Shown piece by piece: positions 12,560-23,720 of a stretch of DNA of 64,000 bases (positions are counted from its first letter, which is position 1; every line of letters starts with the position of its first letter). The notes under the pieces were generated by a model that was given only the letters and a program-made list of their open reading frames with translations, had not been told where the DNA came from and made no database searches. The translations under genes and the position numbers were made by a program. The DNA is from Emiliania huxleyi CCMP1516 (Eukaryota). The DNA is taken from contig NW_005201287.1 in NCBI RefSeq assembly GCF_000372725.1, forward strand, positions 62,001 to 126,000, given 5' to 3'.

Positions 12560-15500
12560 TCAGATCCGACACGCGAGATGATACCTAGGGTCCTCGATGT
12601 GCGTGTTCAAGGCGTCCAGCGCCTCGCCCAGCTTTCTCCGTTCTGCCTTCTGGGCTGCTGCCAGGTCCGCTTGCAATGCGGCCTCCGCGCGGGCGAGCTC
12701 AGAGCCATGGTCGACGGGCATGATGCGTTCTGGGCTGACGAGCACCGCCTCGGCCGCCTCAGCCAATGCGGCGAATGAGCTCGGAGCCACCTCAGCAGCG
12801 GGAGTGGCGCCAGGGTCTGCATCGGCCGGCCCCTCACCCTCGGCATCAGGCAGCTCAAAGATTTGCCGCAGCCGCTCCTCTGTCGGCGCCTGGAGCTCAA
12901 TATCCGTGTCCGACTCGTCGTCGGACAGTTCGTGGTCGAGATCCTGCTTGCTGGCTCCGCTCAAGAGCTTCGGGAGAGGCGCTGCCGCTTCGGCCCACAT
13001 CCCCCTCCGCGGTGAACAGCGAGAGCTGATGGTCTCCTGCAAGAGCAGCGTGCGGCTAGAGGAGAGTCCAATCGGCTCGTGCAACCACGCCTCATTTGCG
13101 GGTACTGGCCTTGCACGCAGGTGAAACTCCACATCCGTCTCTGCGTGCGGCGGCGGCGGCGTGTAGACCCTTGGCGGTGGCTTGCTCCGCCAAAGTTTGC
13201 TCTCTGTCCCGGCGGTCGCACTCGCTTGGCCGTCCCCTCCAGCCCCTGGAGTGGAGGTGTGTCTCACAGTGAGAAGGGACGGCGGCATCGGCTCCAGATA
13301 AAAAGCCTTCCGGTCCCCCGTGGGCTGCGGCGTGCTCGCCTCGAACGCCGCTCCCACCCGCATCTCTTGCGTCGCAAGAGGGCTGGGCGTGGCATCGCCG
13401 GGAGCGGTGAAAAGCTGCTCCATGTACCCCATCTCCTTGTATCGGCGTGGCACGCGCAATGCGAACCGACGGAACGTCTGCGCCGGTTCGAGCGGCAACA
13501 CGGCAACGTCGAGAGGCGCATCGCGATCACGATTCGACACCGTGTCCGCCGTCGGGAAGGCGAAAGGTTCGATTCCCGACAGCGAGAGGGTTGGTGTGGG
13601 GACCGGTGCGCCAAAGCGACCAGCATCAGCTCTCGCTGTGGGCGCTCGTGAGGAGACCAAGCTGCGGCAATCCTTGAGGGAAAGACCGGCCTCTTCAAGG
13701 GACGCGCTGAAGCAATGCAGCCGGTCGGCGGCGCGTCTTTGAAGGAGCGCCGTCCGGACTCCCTTCTTGAAGATCGCGAGTGCCTGCTCACGCAAGGCAA
13801 AGGAGTCGTTCGAGTAGATGTCAAACGTCGGCTGTGCACCCTTTGCCGCCGCCACGACGCTGTCCGAGATCGTGGCGCGCCCCTTCTCGCCGAGCTCCGC
13901 CTCTCTGCGCTCGCGCCCACGGCGCCGTCTCTCCCGATCCTCGCTCACGTAGAAGGCTTCGCGCGCGGTGCGCGTCGCCTCAATGGTGGCCGTCGGGCAG
14001 GGCTCGGCGCCCCTGGCTACGAGCGCCTTGATCTCCTTCGCCTTCTCAAAGTTCTCCAGATCGGTCATCTGCCGGAGGAAGAGCATCTCTTTGACCTGAC
14101 GGCTCCGTTCCGCCGGCTGCAGCGCCAGGTCCAACTCCCCCGCCGGGGCGGAAGCGTCGGCAGAGGCGCCGATCTGAACCGAGGCCTGCTGCAGCCTGCG
14201 CTGTGGCTTCTTCACCTTCTCGTAGTCCAGCGTCTCTGCGCCGTCCGTGATTGTCGCAAATAGCGCATGCATGTCCGCCTCGCACGCCCCTGGAACCCGA
14301 AGCAGAGGCAGCGCGAGGGAGAACTGAGCGGCGTCAATCCGCCCCAAGCCATCAACGTCGACTTCCTCGAATAGCGTGAACGCGGCCTCGGCCTTCTCGG
14401 CGAGTGAGCGCTGCAGTAGCGATTCGAGAGAGGATGCAGCCACCTTCTCGACTGCTTCCCTGTCGCGCTCCGCCTGCAGCTTTTGCTGCGTGATGGCGCT
14501 GCGCAGCTCTGCGACAGGCAACTTGCCGCGCTGCCGGTTGAGGAGCGCGTTCACGCGGATCTGGCAGTCGAGGTCTCTGGGGATACTGTAGCCGTCGATG
14601 TGCGTCTCCTTAAGCGCGTGGATTCGCATCATCTCGCTGTCGACCGGGTACTTGACCGGAATGTTCCGCCTTCCCACCGTCTCGCGACGCGAGGCTGCCA
14701 TGGCGCGAGACACCGAATCTCCGCCGCCTCCATCCCCTCCAATCCTTCCTCGGTGGTCTGTCACCGCAGCTGCCGCAGCGACGGAGGAGGGCGTCGGCCG
14801 AGCAAGCAGGACGGATCTAATTGAGGCCGTCAGGGTGGGCGGCTCCGACTCGAGGGCATCCTCAAAAGCTGAGCTCGAGCTGAGCACCTGTGGCAGCGCT
14901 TGGGCGTGCTTTCCGCCGCGCTCCGAGCCGGCAGACGCGAGCGAGGCGAGCGAAGAGAGCGTCGGCAAGTGCTCCTGGCGAACATGGCCCGGTGCGCAAG
15001 AGCCAACCACCTCGATCCGTCGAGCAGTGAAGCCTGGCTGCGAGAGGCGCAGCTCTATCAGCATGCGTGCCGTGGCGAGCCGCACAGGCGAATAGACGAT
15101 TGTGAAAGCTGTTCCGCCCGCCGATATGGTGCCGGTCAGTGGCTCGACATTGAGCTCGGTCCCAACGAAGCCTCTACGCAGGATGCTGATCTCAAACCCA
15201 ACGCTGGCTGGTGACTGCAACGGCACCGAGTGGCTCACGTGCGATCCGAGCGTGACAGGCCCAAGGTCGATCAGAGACGGAATGCCCAGGTCGGTGGGCG
15301 AGGCCGTCGGAAAGGCCGCAAGTGGGATCAATAGCTCTCCCGTCTCGGCTTGCACCCGAATCTGGTCGTGGTAATGTCGGGGTTCTGAGTCGGAGGCAGT
15401 GAAGAGAACGAGCACCTCCTCTGCCATGCCGGGCATCACGAGGCCACGCTTGCGGAGCTTGAGCTTGAAGTGCGGCGTGGAGGGAGCATGGATGGTCATG

Positions 15501-15727
15501 CGCGCTGGCTTTCCCGATGCATTGATGAGCCTCAGCTTGGCAGAGCCGGCCGCTCTTCCCTCAATGCCGATCTCGATGGCAGGAGGCTCTGCCACGATGG
15601 AGTCTGGTTGGCCGAGCTTGGCATACGGGTTTGGTTGCTCCAGCAGAGGATTGTGAGGCGGCGCTGCGCGGTCGACCAGGGAGCTGGGCAGCTCGACCAG
15701 TGCCTGATCGTTTTGGACGACGACCAT
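12560..15727 (-). CDS. CFAP221: Cilia- and flagella-associated protein 221 (PCDP1) homolog, with an EF-hand-like insert
   Basis: Uninterrupted 1055-aa ORF. N-terminal ASH/Ig-like segment (RGLVMPGMAEEV...HYHDQIRV...LLIPLAAFP), plus RSRQVKEMLF, PTFDIYSND, RRADRL-like and LRVPRRYKEMGY motifs recognised from CFAP221. Confidence 0.8.
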   Translation of the reverse strand: MVVVQNDQALVELPSSLVDRAAPPHNPLLEQPNPYAKLGQPDSIVAEPPAIEIGIEGRAAGSAKLRLINASGKPARMTIHAPSTPHFKLKLRKRGLVMPGMAEEVLVLFTASDSEPRHYHDQIRVQAETGELLIPLAAFPTASPTDLGIPSLIDLGPVTLGSHVSHSVPLQSPASVGFEISILRRGFVGTELNVEPLTGTISAGGTAFTIVYSPVRLATARMLIELRLSQPGFTARRIEVVGSCAPGHVRQEHLPTLSSLASLASAGSERGGKHAQALPQVLSSSSAFEDALESEPPTLTASIRSVLLARPTPSSVAAAAAVTDHRGRIGGDGGGGDSVSRAMAASRRETVGRRNIPVKYPVDSEMMRIHALKETHIDGYSIPRDLDCQIRVNALLNRQRGKLPVAELRSAITQQKLQAERDREAVEKVAASSLESLLQRSLAEKAEAAFTLFEEVDVDGLGRIDAAQFSLALPLLRVPGACEADMHALFATITDGAETLDYEKVKKPQRRLQQASVQIGASADASAPAGELDLALQPAERSRQVKEMLFLRQMTDLENFEKAKEIKALVARGAEPCPTATIEATRTAREAFYVSEDRERRRRGRERREAELGEKGRATISDSVVAAAKGAQPTFDIYSNDSFALREQALAIFKKGVRTALLQRRAADRLHCFSASLEEAGLSLKDCRSLVSSRAPTARADAGRFGAPVPTPTLSLSGIEPFAFPTADTVSNRDRDAPLDVAVLPLEPAQTFRRFALRVPRRYKEMGYMEQLFTAPGDATPSPLATQEMRVGAAFEASTPQPTGDRKAFYLEPMPPSLLTVRHTSTPGAGGDGQASATAGTESKLWRSKPPPRVYTPPPPHAETDVEFHLRARPVPANEAWLHEPIGLSSSRTLLLQETISSRCSPRRGMWAEAAAPLPKLLSGASKQDLDHELSDDESDTDIELQAPTEERLRQIFELPDAEGEGPADADPGATPAAEVAPSSFAALAEAAEAVLVSPERIMPVDHGSELARAEAALQADLAAAQKAERRKLGEALDALNTHIEDPRYHLACRI

Positions 15728-15806
15728 GCTGATGTAACGACTCGTCGGGGCTGGGCGATGCGGCCAGTTGCGGGCATGAAGAAAACGTACAACGCCCCGT
15801 GGTGTG

Positions 15807-16559
15807 GGTGAACCTTCTTTTCTAGACCGGAAGGATTGAGAGCAGCCTCGCTCTCAATCCTAGAAGTCGAAGGATTGTGAGCAGCACTCCTCGCAATCGT
15901 AGCATCTCTGTGCGATTGCTAGCACCCACGCTCGCAATCCTACATCTTCTAGGACTAAGAGCAGCTCCGCTCCCAAGGTGACTGGTGACGCCTACGACTA
16001 CTACCAGCGCGCTCGCAATCCGAGCAAAGTCTAGGATTGCGAGCAGCACTGCTCGCAATCCTAGCAACATGCCTCCGATTGCGAGCAGTAGCGCTCGCAA
16101 TCCTACATCTTGTAGGACTATGAGCGGCGGCGCTCACAATCGTACCCAAGATCCGAGGATGCAGAGCNNNNNNNNNNNNNNNNNNNNNNNNNNNNNNNNN
16201 NNNNNNNNNNNNNNNNNNNNNNNNNNNNNNNNNNNNNNNNNNNNNNNNNNNNNNNNNNNNNNNNNNNGCGAGCGCTACTGCTCGCAATCGGAGGCATGTT
16301 GCTAGGATTGCGAGCAGTGCTGCTCGCAATCCTAGACTTTGCTCGGATTGCGAGCGCGCTGGTAGTAGTCGTAGGCGTCACCAGTCACCTTGGGAGCGGA
16401 GCTGCTCTTAGTCCTAGAAGATGTAGGATTGCGAGCGTGGGTGCTAGCAATCGCACAGAGATGCTACGATTGCGAGGAGTGCTGCTCACAATCCTTCGAC
16501 TTCTAGGATTGAGAGCGAGGCTGCTCTCAATCCTTCCGGTCTAGAAAAGAAGGTTCACC
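15807..16559. mobile_element. Foldback/Mutator-like non-autonomous element with long TIRs, spanning an N gap
   Basis: 15807-16098 is the reverse complement of 16268-16559. 9-bp TSD CGTGGTGTG at 15798-15806 and 16560-16568. TIRs are built of GCTCGCAATCC-like subrepeats. Confidence 0.85.
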
Positions 16560-16617
16560 CGTGGTGTGACTGTTCGGGCCCGCTGTCGGCTCTCGCGGGC
16601 TGCGGAACCGGCCCCAG

Positions 16618-16821
16618 GAGCAGGCGGACATCGCTTCCAGGGAGGGGGGGCGCACTTCTACTCACGCCCCACCCCCCCTAGCATGTGGTGAAGCCTCTTG
16701 GGGGGGTCGGATCCCCCCCCCCTAGCATGTGGTGAAGCCTCTGGCGTCTGGGGGGGGGCGGGACTCCTGACTGTGAGTAAAAGTGCGCCCGCCCCTCCCT
16801 GGAAGCGATGTCCGCCTGCTC
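16618..16821. mobile_element. PIF/Harbinger (Tourist-like) MITE, 204 bp
   Basis: TIR of about 48 bp (GAGCAGGCGGACATCGCTTCCAGGGAGGGG...). 3-bp TSD CAG at 16615-16617 and 16822-16824. Empty site GGCCCCAGAAGG seen in the paralog near 61375. Confidence 0.85.
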
Positions 16822-16977
16822 CAGAAGGGGACGGTCCGGCTCCGGCGTCCGGGCGAGTGTGGCAGCTCCTTGCGCTAGTATGGGCACCCTCTATCACAAC
16901 ACTACTGATCCTGGCCATTAGAGCTGCCAGGGATAGCGTCAGGAGCCGGTAGGAGTCAAAACCCCTCATTGCTCATA

Positions 16978-17597
16978 GAGGGTGTGGACCGTGAGTTGAG
17001 GAAATCGGAGGACGCGACCCACTTCGCCACAGACGGTCCCGCGCCTCGCCACTATGACGGCCACACGGCCGCAGCTCGTGTGCGTGTGGCCGGCTTTGTC
17101 CGGAGTGAATACTCCAACGCGCTCGTCGGTGACGGTGTCCTCCAACCTGCGCCGCGCTCGGCGAACCTCGACAGCGCTTTCGGTGGCATGCAGCTCTTTG
17201 CGACAGAAGCCTGGAGAGCAGCTCCTCTGCTGCTCACACGCTCTGCACAGTTGACACAGCCTACTGTGCGGCTACCACAGCTGTGACAGCGATGGGCTCG
17301 CCCTCACTGGCCCTCAGTCACTTGTGCTGCGGCTTGTGTGAGCGACACTGCTCGGCGACTGCCGGCACACTGTGAGACCATGGGTGTGAGGTAAAACCAC
17401 GCTACCAGCGCTTGGTCACATCGGCCCCGAGGTCAGATCCTTCTACGCCAGTTCGCACCTGTGTCGAGCCTGTGTGCTGTGAGAGAGAGTTGTTTTGTTT
17501 AAATTCTACTCTGTTAGTGACAAGACTTGTCTACTCGCTGGAGCCGAGCAGGAGGGCCCGGCGCACAACCCCTGGTCAACTCACGGTCCACACCCCG
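16978..17597. mobile_element. Tc1/mariner-like MITE family B, 620 bp
   Basis: 20-bp perfect TIR core GGGTGTGGACCGTGAGTTGA (16980-16999 / 17576-17595). TA flanks at 16976-16977 and 17598-17599. Empty site in the paralog near 61245. Confidence 0.8.
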
Positions 17598-17751
17598 TAT
17601 TTGAGACATCGTGACCCCATATACTCGTGCAACAAGCCGGTTTCCCCCCCCAGCCCAACCTCACGCACGCACGTGTTGCATGTCCGCTCCCTCTGGCCCT
17701 GTCGCGCGCCGCGTGCGAGGGACGTCGGCGACCGTCTTATTCGCAAAGATT

Positions 17752-19588
17752 TCAAGCGTTTCGCGACTTCTCCACCAGCTTCTCCACGATCGAGTTTGAG
17801 AGCGTGTCGCGGCGCTTGGAGAACTCCTCGAGCTCGCCGAGGTCTACCTTGATCTGAATCTCGCGGTCCTTGGTGGTCAGGAGGCGGAGCTGTTCTTGGT
17901 CGCAGCGGAAGACGTTGTCCTAAGGTGTGGGCGGCAGAGGTTTTGGGTCGTTGGCGGGTGGCGAGGAGGGGGGTGGGGGTGGGAGTGGGGGGGAGGGGGG
18001 GGGGGGGGGCCCCTTGCAAAAAAAGTAGAGGATCTTGGCCCTCACAAAGTCGAAGGAAAACTCCACAAAGTGCCCCTGAAAGGGAGCCAGGGCGGAAAGG
18101 TAAGGTTGGTGGCGGGAGGTGGAGAGAGGGGGGCGAAGGGGGGGCGATCACGAGAGGTGGAAGACGCGCATATCTCACACTTGGATGCGACGCGTGCTTG
18201 CTGCGGCCGCGGGGCCGCACCGGTGTCTCTCCGATCGGCACGTTGTCCTCGTCCATGCCCATCCCGTTGTAGAGGCTGATCTGGACAATGGCGGCGACCA
18301 TGCACAGCCCCGAGAAGGTGATGCCCAGGATGCCGATGATGCGGTCGCTCTGGCGCTGCTCCTCGCCCTCCACCTTGCCGCGCATCTGCGTGGGGGCGGG
18401 GGGGGGGGGGGGGGGGGCCTTGGAAAGGGGCCTCCCCGTGCCTGGGCCAACGGAGGGAAAAAAGAAACCCCAAAGTGTGCCCCCCAAAGGGTCCCAAAAG
18501 GGTCGGGCCCCCCCAGGGACATCCGGGGGGTGACCCCCCCCCCCGCGGCCAGGATGGGGGGGGAGTACCCCATCTGGGGGGAGGGGTACCCCAAAAACCC
18601 CAGGTTTATGGCCACAAAGGTCAACCCCACAAGGGCCCCCGCCACCTTTAACGAAATCCTCATCTTGAGGAGGTTCGGGTACGCGTAAATCTTTGTGTGC
18701 GGTTTTGAGGGCCGCGAGGGGCGGTGACCAAACCAAAAGGGGGGCGGGGGCCCCCCTCCCCTGGGAAAAATTTTGGGGCGAGAAAAAAATCCGGATCNNN
18801 NNNNNNNNNNNNNNNNNNNNNNNNNNNNNNNNNNNNNNNNNNNNNNNNNNNNNNNNNNNNNNNNNNNNNNNNNNNNNNNNNNNNNNNNNNNNNNNNNGGC
18901 GAGCGGAGGGAGAGAGGAGACGCGAGAGTGTGCACACGAGAGTGTCTCAGAGGTGTCGGCGCGCACGAGCGACATCAGGAGGATGACGTCGACGCCGGCG
19001 GCGAGGATGGCGTGGGAGTACTCGATCTGGTGGGAGGGGTACTCGAAGAACTCGAGGTTGATGGCGACGAGGGTCGACGCGACGAGGGCGCCGGCGACGT
19101 TGAGCGAGATCATGATCTTGAGGAGGTTCGGGTAGGCGTAGATCTGTGTGTGCGGTTTTGAGGGCCGTGAGGGGCGGTGACGCAAGCAGAAGGGGGGCGG
19201 GCGCGCCCCTCGCCTGCGACACATTTCGGGGCGAGTAACGAATCGCGATCACCTCCGTCACCGAGAAGGCGAAGGTGCCCCAGAACTCCAGGTTGTGGAA
19301 GACGGAACGGGGCGTTGCCTCGCAGTCCCGGTCGTCTTCGTCCACGCACGGCCGATCGGGGTAGGAGAGAAGAACGATGAGCACGAGCGAAAGAGCTGCG
19401 TACGAAAGGGACATTAGGGCCAACAGCTGGTTCACAACGCTCTTGTGCTGGAGGCCGGCGATGAGAGGGACCAAAAGGACGTTCGTCTCGTTCCGCAACT
19501 CGACATCTTGCATAGCGTGCGCCTCATTCTTGACGCCCAAGGCAGCGCTCGCGCGCTGCTGGAGCGAGCCCATCTGGCCCTTCGTCAT
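17752..19588 (-). CDS. Uncharacterised multi-pass membrane protein; multi-exon, interrupted by a gap and a low-quality duplicated segment
   Basis: Hydrophobic helices in spliceable exons: [28 protein letters not shown]...[40 protein letters not shown]; last exon DNVFRCD...RNA* ends 17752. Confidence 0.7.
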
Positions 19589-19982
19589 GGCGGAGGGAAG
19601 GAGGCGGGCGAGTTCCTGGTGATGGTCGAGACAGGCACCAGAAGAGGCACGGCCTCAGCACCCCTGCAAATGCGGCGGCTCAGAGCATTTTCTTTTTTCT
19701 AACGTTCCCTCCAAACGTTTCCTATTTTAAACTGCGGAGACCCTGCTTGCACCCCCTCTCCCTCCCTCCCGCGGACAAAAGCGGGGCCAAATACCGTATC
19801 AAGTACCGTACTCATGGGGCGGCCGCCCGCGGCAGCCTCCACGAACGTCAGTGCGTACGGTACGTACGGTGCGCGAGGTACGTACGTAGCACACGTCTTG
19901 CTGCAGCGCTGGATAGTGGTACCCTCGAACGCCAATGCGCAATGGCTAAGCTTCGAGGTAGGAGAGCTTGCACAGCTTCTTC

Positions 19983-21014
19983 TTAGGAGAGCTTCTCGAG
20001 CAGGAAGGCGGACATGAAGCCGAGGAAGAAGCAGAGGTCGACGTACCAGACGTGCTCCTCCTCCTGCCCCTCGTGCGCCTTAGTCGGGTGGATCGATGAA
20101 TGAATGATTGAGAGGGTACCGCGGCTCACCTCGGGTCATCTCCGCGCGCCTCCAGCAGCAGCTCCTCCGTCACGAGGTAGAGCAGCGCGGCGATGCCGAA
20201 CGAGACAAGTGCCGTGTGCAGGGCGGGAGAGCTGGCGACGGCGGCGGCCACCGCGGCGCCAACCCCTGCGCCGGCGGCGAGGGCGGCGGGGGCGCCGAGC
20301 AGCACGAGTGCGGCCGAGCAAAGCGGCTGCCTGCGCATGACCGCCGCGAGAGTGAGCGCGAGGAAGCCCATCTCGATGGTGAGCGCGACAGCCATGACGA
20401 ACCCCGCGCTCGCTCCCGCAGCAGAGGAGAGGCCGATGAGCAGTCCGTCGACGCCGCTGTCGACGAGTACGGCGACGGTGAAGGCGACCGGGAAGGCGGG
20501 CGCCTTGCGCGCGGAAATCGACTTCTCGGCGAATGCAATCTTGGAGCCAAGCGAGGTGCGGCCGCCGCCGCTCTTGCGGCCCTCGGGCAGCAGCGCGCTC
20601 GAGCGGCGGTCGTCAGCTCCGCCGGCTCCGTCGTCATCTCCCTCGGGGAAGAGTTTGGCGAGGATCAGGAAGAGAGCCACGCCCGCCGCGAAACCGCTGA
20701 CAATGCCAACGACGTTGGCGAGGTCGGCCGGCGCCTCGTTGATAATTGGTACGAGCTCGACAGCGACGGCGGAGAGGACGATGCCAGCGGCGAGGTGCTG
20801 GAAGGCGCTCATCATCACCTTTGGGACGTGGACCACGTACACGAGCGCGCTCATCACGAGCATCGCCTTGGACGAGCATCGGCCTCTCTCAGTGCACACG
20901 CCACAGTACCAGCTCGCGAAGCGGCGAGAGGAGACGTGAGAGGCTGCAGCGCACCACGCATGGGATAGCCGCGAGGTGGAGCGCCGCGACGACAGTTGAT
21001 CCCAGGGACGGCAT
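19983..21014 (-). CDS. ZIP-family (ZupT/GufA-like) divalent metal transporter
   Basis: FQHLAAGIVLSAVAVELVP, VDSGVDGLLIG, ALTIEMGFL, AALLYLVTEELLLEAHE. Introns 20867-20954 (GT-AG) and 20079-20149 (GC-AG). Confidence 0.9.
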
Positions 21015-21307
21015 GATGGCGAGCGTTGATGGCGCCAGTAGGCCGAATCAGGCCCCGTGCCAGTGTTGTGCCAGTGTCGTGCGAGCGAGCTTTTGTCGTT
21101 CCCCCTTTGGCCGCTTTGTGTATCTCGAGACCTCGAGAGAAGGCCGCCCGCCGAGGGCCCAAGTCAAGAATTGGCTTTTTTTGGCGGGCAAGTTCCCCCT
21201 TTTCTTCAGACTCTCCGAGGGGGGCGTTGCAGGGCGCAGGGCGTGTCACTGTTGTGCGAATTCGGGCCCGGGGCGGAGCTTGTGGTTGTGCGGTGCAGAG
21301 GCTGTAC

Positions 21308-21360
21308 CTGTCAGGAGTTCACCCTCGGGTATGTTCGTAAGAGCTACATACACTGAAAAT
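21308..21360 (+). repeat. Short copy of the dispersed structured repeat ending CACTGAAAAT
   Basis: CCTGTCAGGAGTTCACCCTCGGGTATGTTCGTAAGAGCTACATACACTGAAAAT matches 26478-26530 and the reverse complement near 61910-61965. Confidence 0.9.
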
Positions 21361-21792
21361 GAACTCGGGGGCGCAGAGTTTATGTAGAGAGGTCAATCAC
21401 AGTCTGGCCAGCGACTGGACTCCACAGGCGGTAGAGCTCTATGGGGGTTCCGTGTATCGCCAGTGTATCGCGCGCTCAAGGAACGAAAAACATCTTACCT
21501 TATATTTTCCCGTGTCCGGATTTCCGTTTCGGGCGACGGCACACTCACCGAGCTCTCCGGCGGGGAATCATGTCGGCGAAGGCGGGCTCTGGCGTCTCGG
21601 TGATGCGCTCCGATCCCGACGCGTCGACCTCGACGGAGGTGGACGCGCACGAGGCGCAGTGGCGGGCCGGCGTCAACCGCCAAGCACGTCCAGACGCCCC
21701 CTCGCAAAGGCGGGCGTCGTCATTGGGTGCTGCAGCCAAGCGGCGGCGTACACTGAAAAAGTTGAAACGGCGCCGCCGCAAGCCAAGCCCGA

Positions 21793-22776
21793 ATGGCCGA
21801 CCCAATCGCCGCGCCATGGATCACGAACACGCCGCGATGGAACATGAAGCTGCTCGACGTGAAGCCACAACGCTTTCACACGCGCTTCCTCGAGCAGGAC
21901 GCCGGGCTCTCGAGGAGAACCTCCAGGGTCGATGAGGTTGTCTTTGGGCGCGACATTGACTACGCGACTCGCGAGAGGGGAGGCACGCTGGCCACTAACG
22001 TGCGCCGCGCATCCGCGTTTCGTGGAGCGGGCGGGCTCACGTCGTTGGAGTACTCTGAGCGCGTACATGAGTCGGGCCACCGGTTCGAGTCGAGGCGCGG
22101 CATCGCAAGGCTCGCCGTCGGTCGGCGGAGCTCGGAGGGAATCATGACTTGGGCCGAGCAGGAGGAGAGAGTAGAGGAGGCGCGCAGCCCGAGGCACCAA
22201 CCGGGACATGCGCCGACGGACACTGCGCCGGGCGCGGTCACACTGAGCCTGCCCTCGATGAGAGGCTCCGTCCACCGTGAGCGGCCCGTGGCCTGTGCAA
22301 ACAACCGTTCGCCAATCAGCGACCTGACGGAGGTTGCGAGCGGGAAGCGGACGGAAGCGTGCATGAGCCAGCAGGTGTCGACGCTGGGCGAGCTGCTTGT
22401 ATTCTCGCCGAGAGAGCCCGTCGACGCTGGCTCGCCCCAGGCGAGCCCTCAGCGGCACCTCCGCCACCACCCATCGTTCCGGGACGCCTTTGGGAGAACC
22501 TCGAGCGAGGAGGCGACGCGGTACAGCGAGCGGCACAGCTTCGATGAAGCGCAGTTCAAGGGCAAGCGACGGATATCTCTCGACGCGCTGCACAGCGAGC
22601 ACGCTGCGGCGCTCGCCCAGACGCCGCGAGGAGCAGCCGCTCCTACTCCACGGGGCGCGCCTCCCTTGCACCGGGCAGGGACGATGACCAAGATGAGCCC
22701 AGAGGTGGACATCGCCCCGGCGCACACGTGGGCACAACGCCCCGGCGCTCACGGCGGCCTCCCGGATGGACAGTAA
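21793..22776 (+). CDS. Hypothetical protein, possibly with an upstream exon from 21570
   Basis: 327-aa ORF with coding-like composition; no recognisable domain. Confidence 0.45.
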   Translation: MADPIAAPWITNTPRWNMKLLDVKPQRFHTRFLEQDAGLSRRTSRVDEVVFGRDIDYATRERGGTLATNVRRASAFRGAGGLTSLEYSERVHESGHRFESRRGIARLAVGRRSSEGIMTWAEQEERVEEARSPRHQPGHAPTDTAPGAVTLSLPSMRGSVHRERPVACANNRSPISDLTEVASGKRTEACMSQQVSTLGELLVFSPREPVDAGSPQASPQRHLRHHPSFRDAFGRTSSEEATRYSERHSFDEAQFKGKRRISLDALHSEHAAALAQTPRGAAAPTPRGAPPLHRAGTMTKMSPEVDIAPAHTWAQRPGAHGGLPDGQ

Positions 22777-23720
22777 CGCACACCGATCTTGCATGCGGGA
22801 AGAAGACTTTTTTCCTCCCTCCCTCCCCCCCCCCCCCTCTCTCTCTGTGTTTCCCTCTCCCTCTGAGACATGGAGCATGCAGTTTGCACTCTTCATGGAG
22901 TTACAAACAGACCCTCTCTGCACACACAGTGCACTCTTGGGTGGGATTCTGTTCCCGCACTTGTGTACCTGTATTGTGCATTATGTTGGCTCTTTTGGGG
23001 TCTGTTCTACCTAGCTTTGGGCGGCGAGCGCTCGCATTCTAAGTATGCAGAATCTACATCCTGCACCAAGATGCAGACGAATTTTACACAACGTGCAGAA
23101 GAATTTTTCAACGTGCCAAGCAGGTGGCACGCGGCTGTGTTGCTCGCTTGCCGGTCCGGCGCGGGCTCGCGCGGGACAAGTAGACGGGACAAGGCTGCGG
23201 CAGCGGACGCGTCTAATGGCTCCTCGATGGCAGTGGCCGCACCTGCGAGAGAGAAGCAGGCGGTGCGAGGCCGAGGGGGGGACACAGCCGGTCGGGCGGG
23301 TGGTGAGCGAGGGCGCGTCGCTCGGCGGGAGCGGTGTGGGCTCGGCGAGTTTCTGGAAGTTTTTCTTTGAGCTAGCCTTCGAGAAGATGAATGACGATGT
23401 TTATGAACAAACGCAAGGAGGACATTCATGGGGTCCCGTACCATGCGGAATCGACCCTATCCAGTGCTCAAGTGCTCAAGGAGGACACACGCCACCCAGC
23501 GGCCAAAGGATATCCACCTCGAGAACCTCGAAGAGAGGACACACGCGGTGTGCGTTAGTTAGGGCTTACGACACCTCGACACACGACACGGTTCGGGCGC
23601 AAGCGGACGGACTCCTAGCCGGATAGGGGGTCTGTCCACACTGGCTGGCCCCTCCCAGAGTGCCAGCCAGCGCTGGCACGATTAGTGCCTAAGGTAAACT
23701 GGTCCTCAACGCGACCAACA

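Larger units (their letters stand above)
16575..17635 (-). mobile_element. Truncated copy of MITE family A (same family as 61204-62097), hosting two nested insertions
   Basis: Segments at about 16580-16617, 16822-16969 and 17598-17635 match the reverse complement of about 61209-61415. Confidence 0.8.

Noticed and set aside
18395..18797. Apparent tandem paralog of 18960-19220
   Set aside because: It abuts an N gap, and the differences are homopolymer-like substitutions typical of a low-quality read end, so it is most likely an assembly artefact
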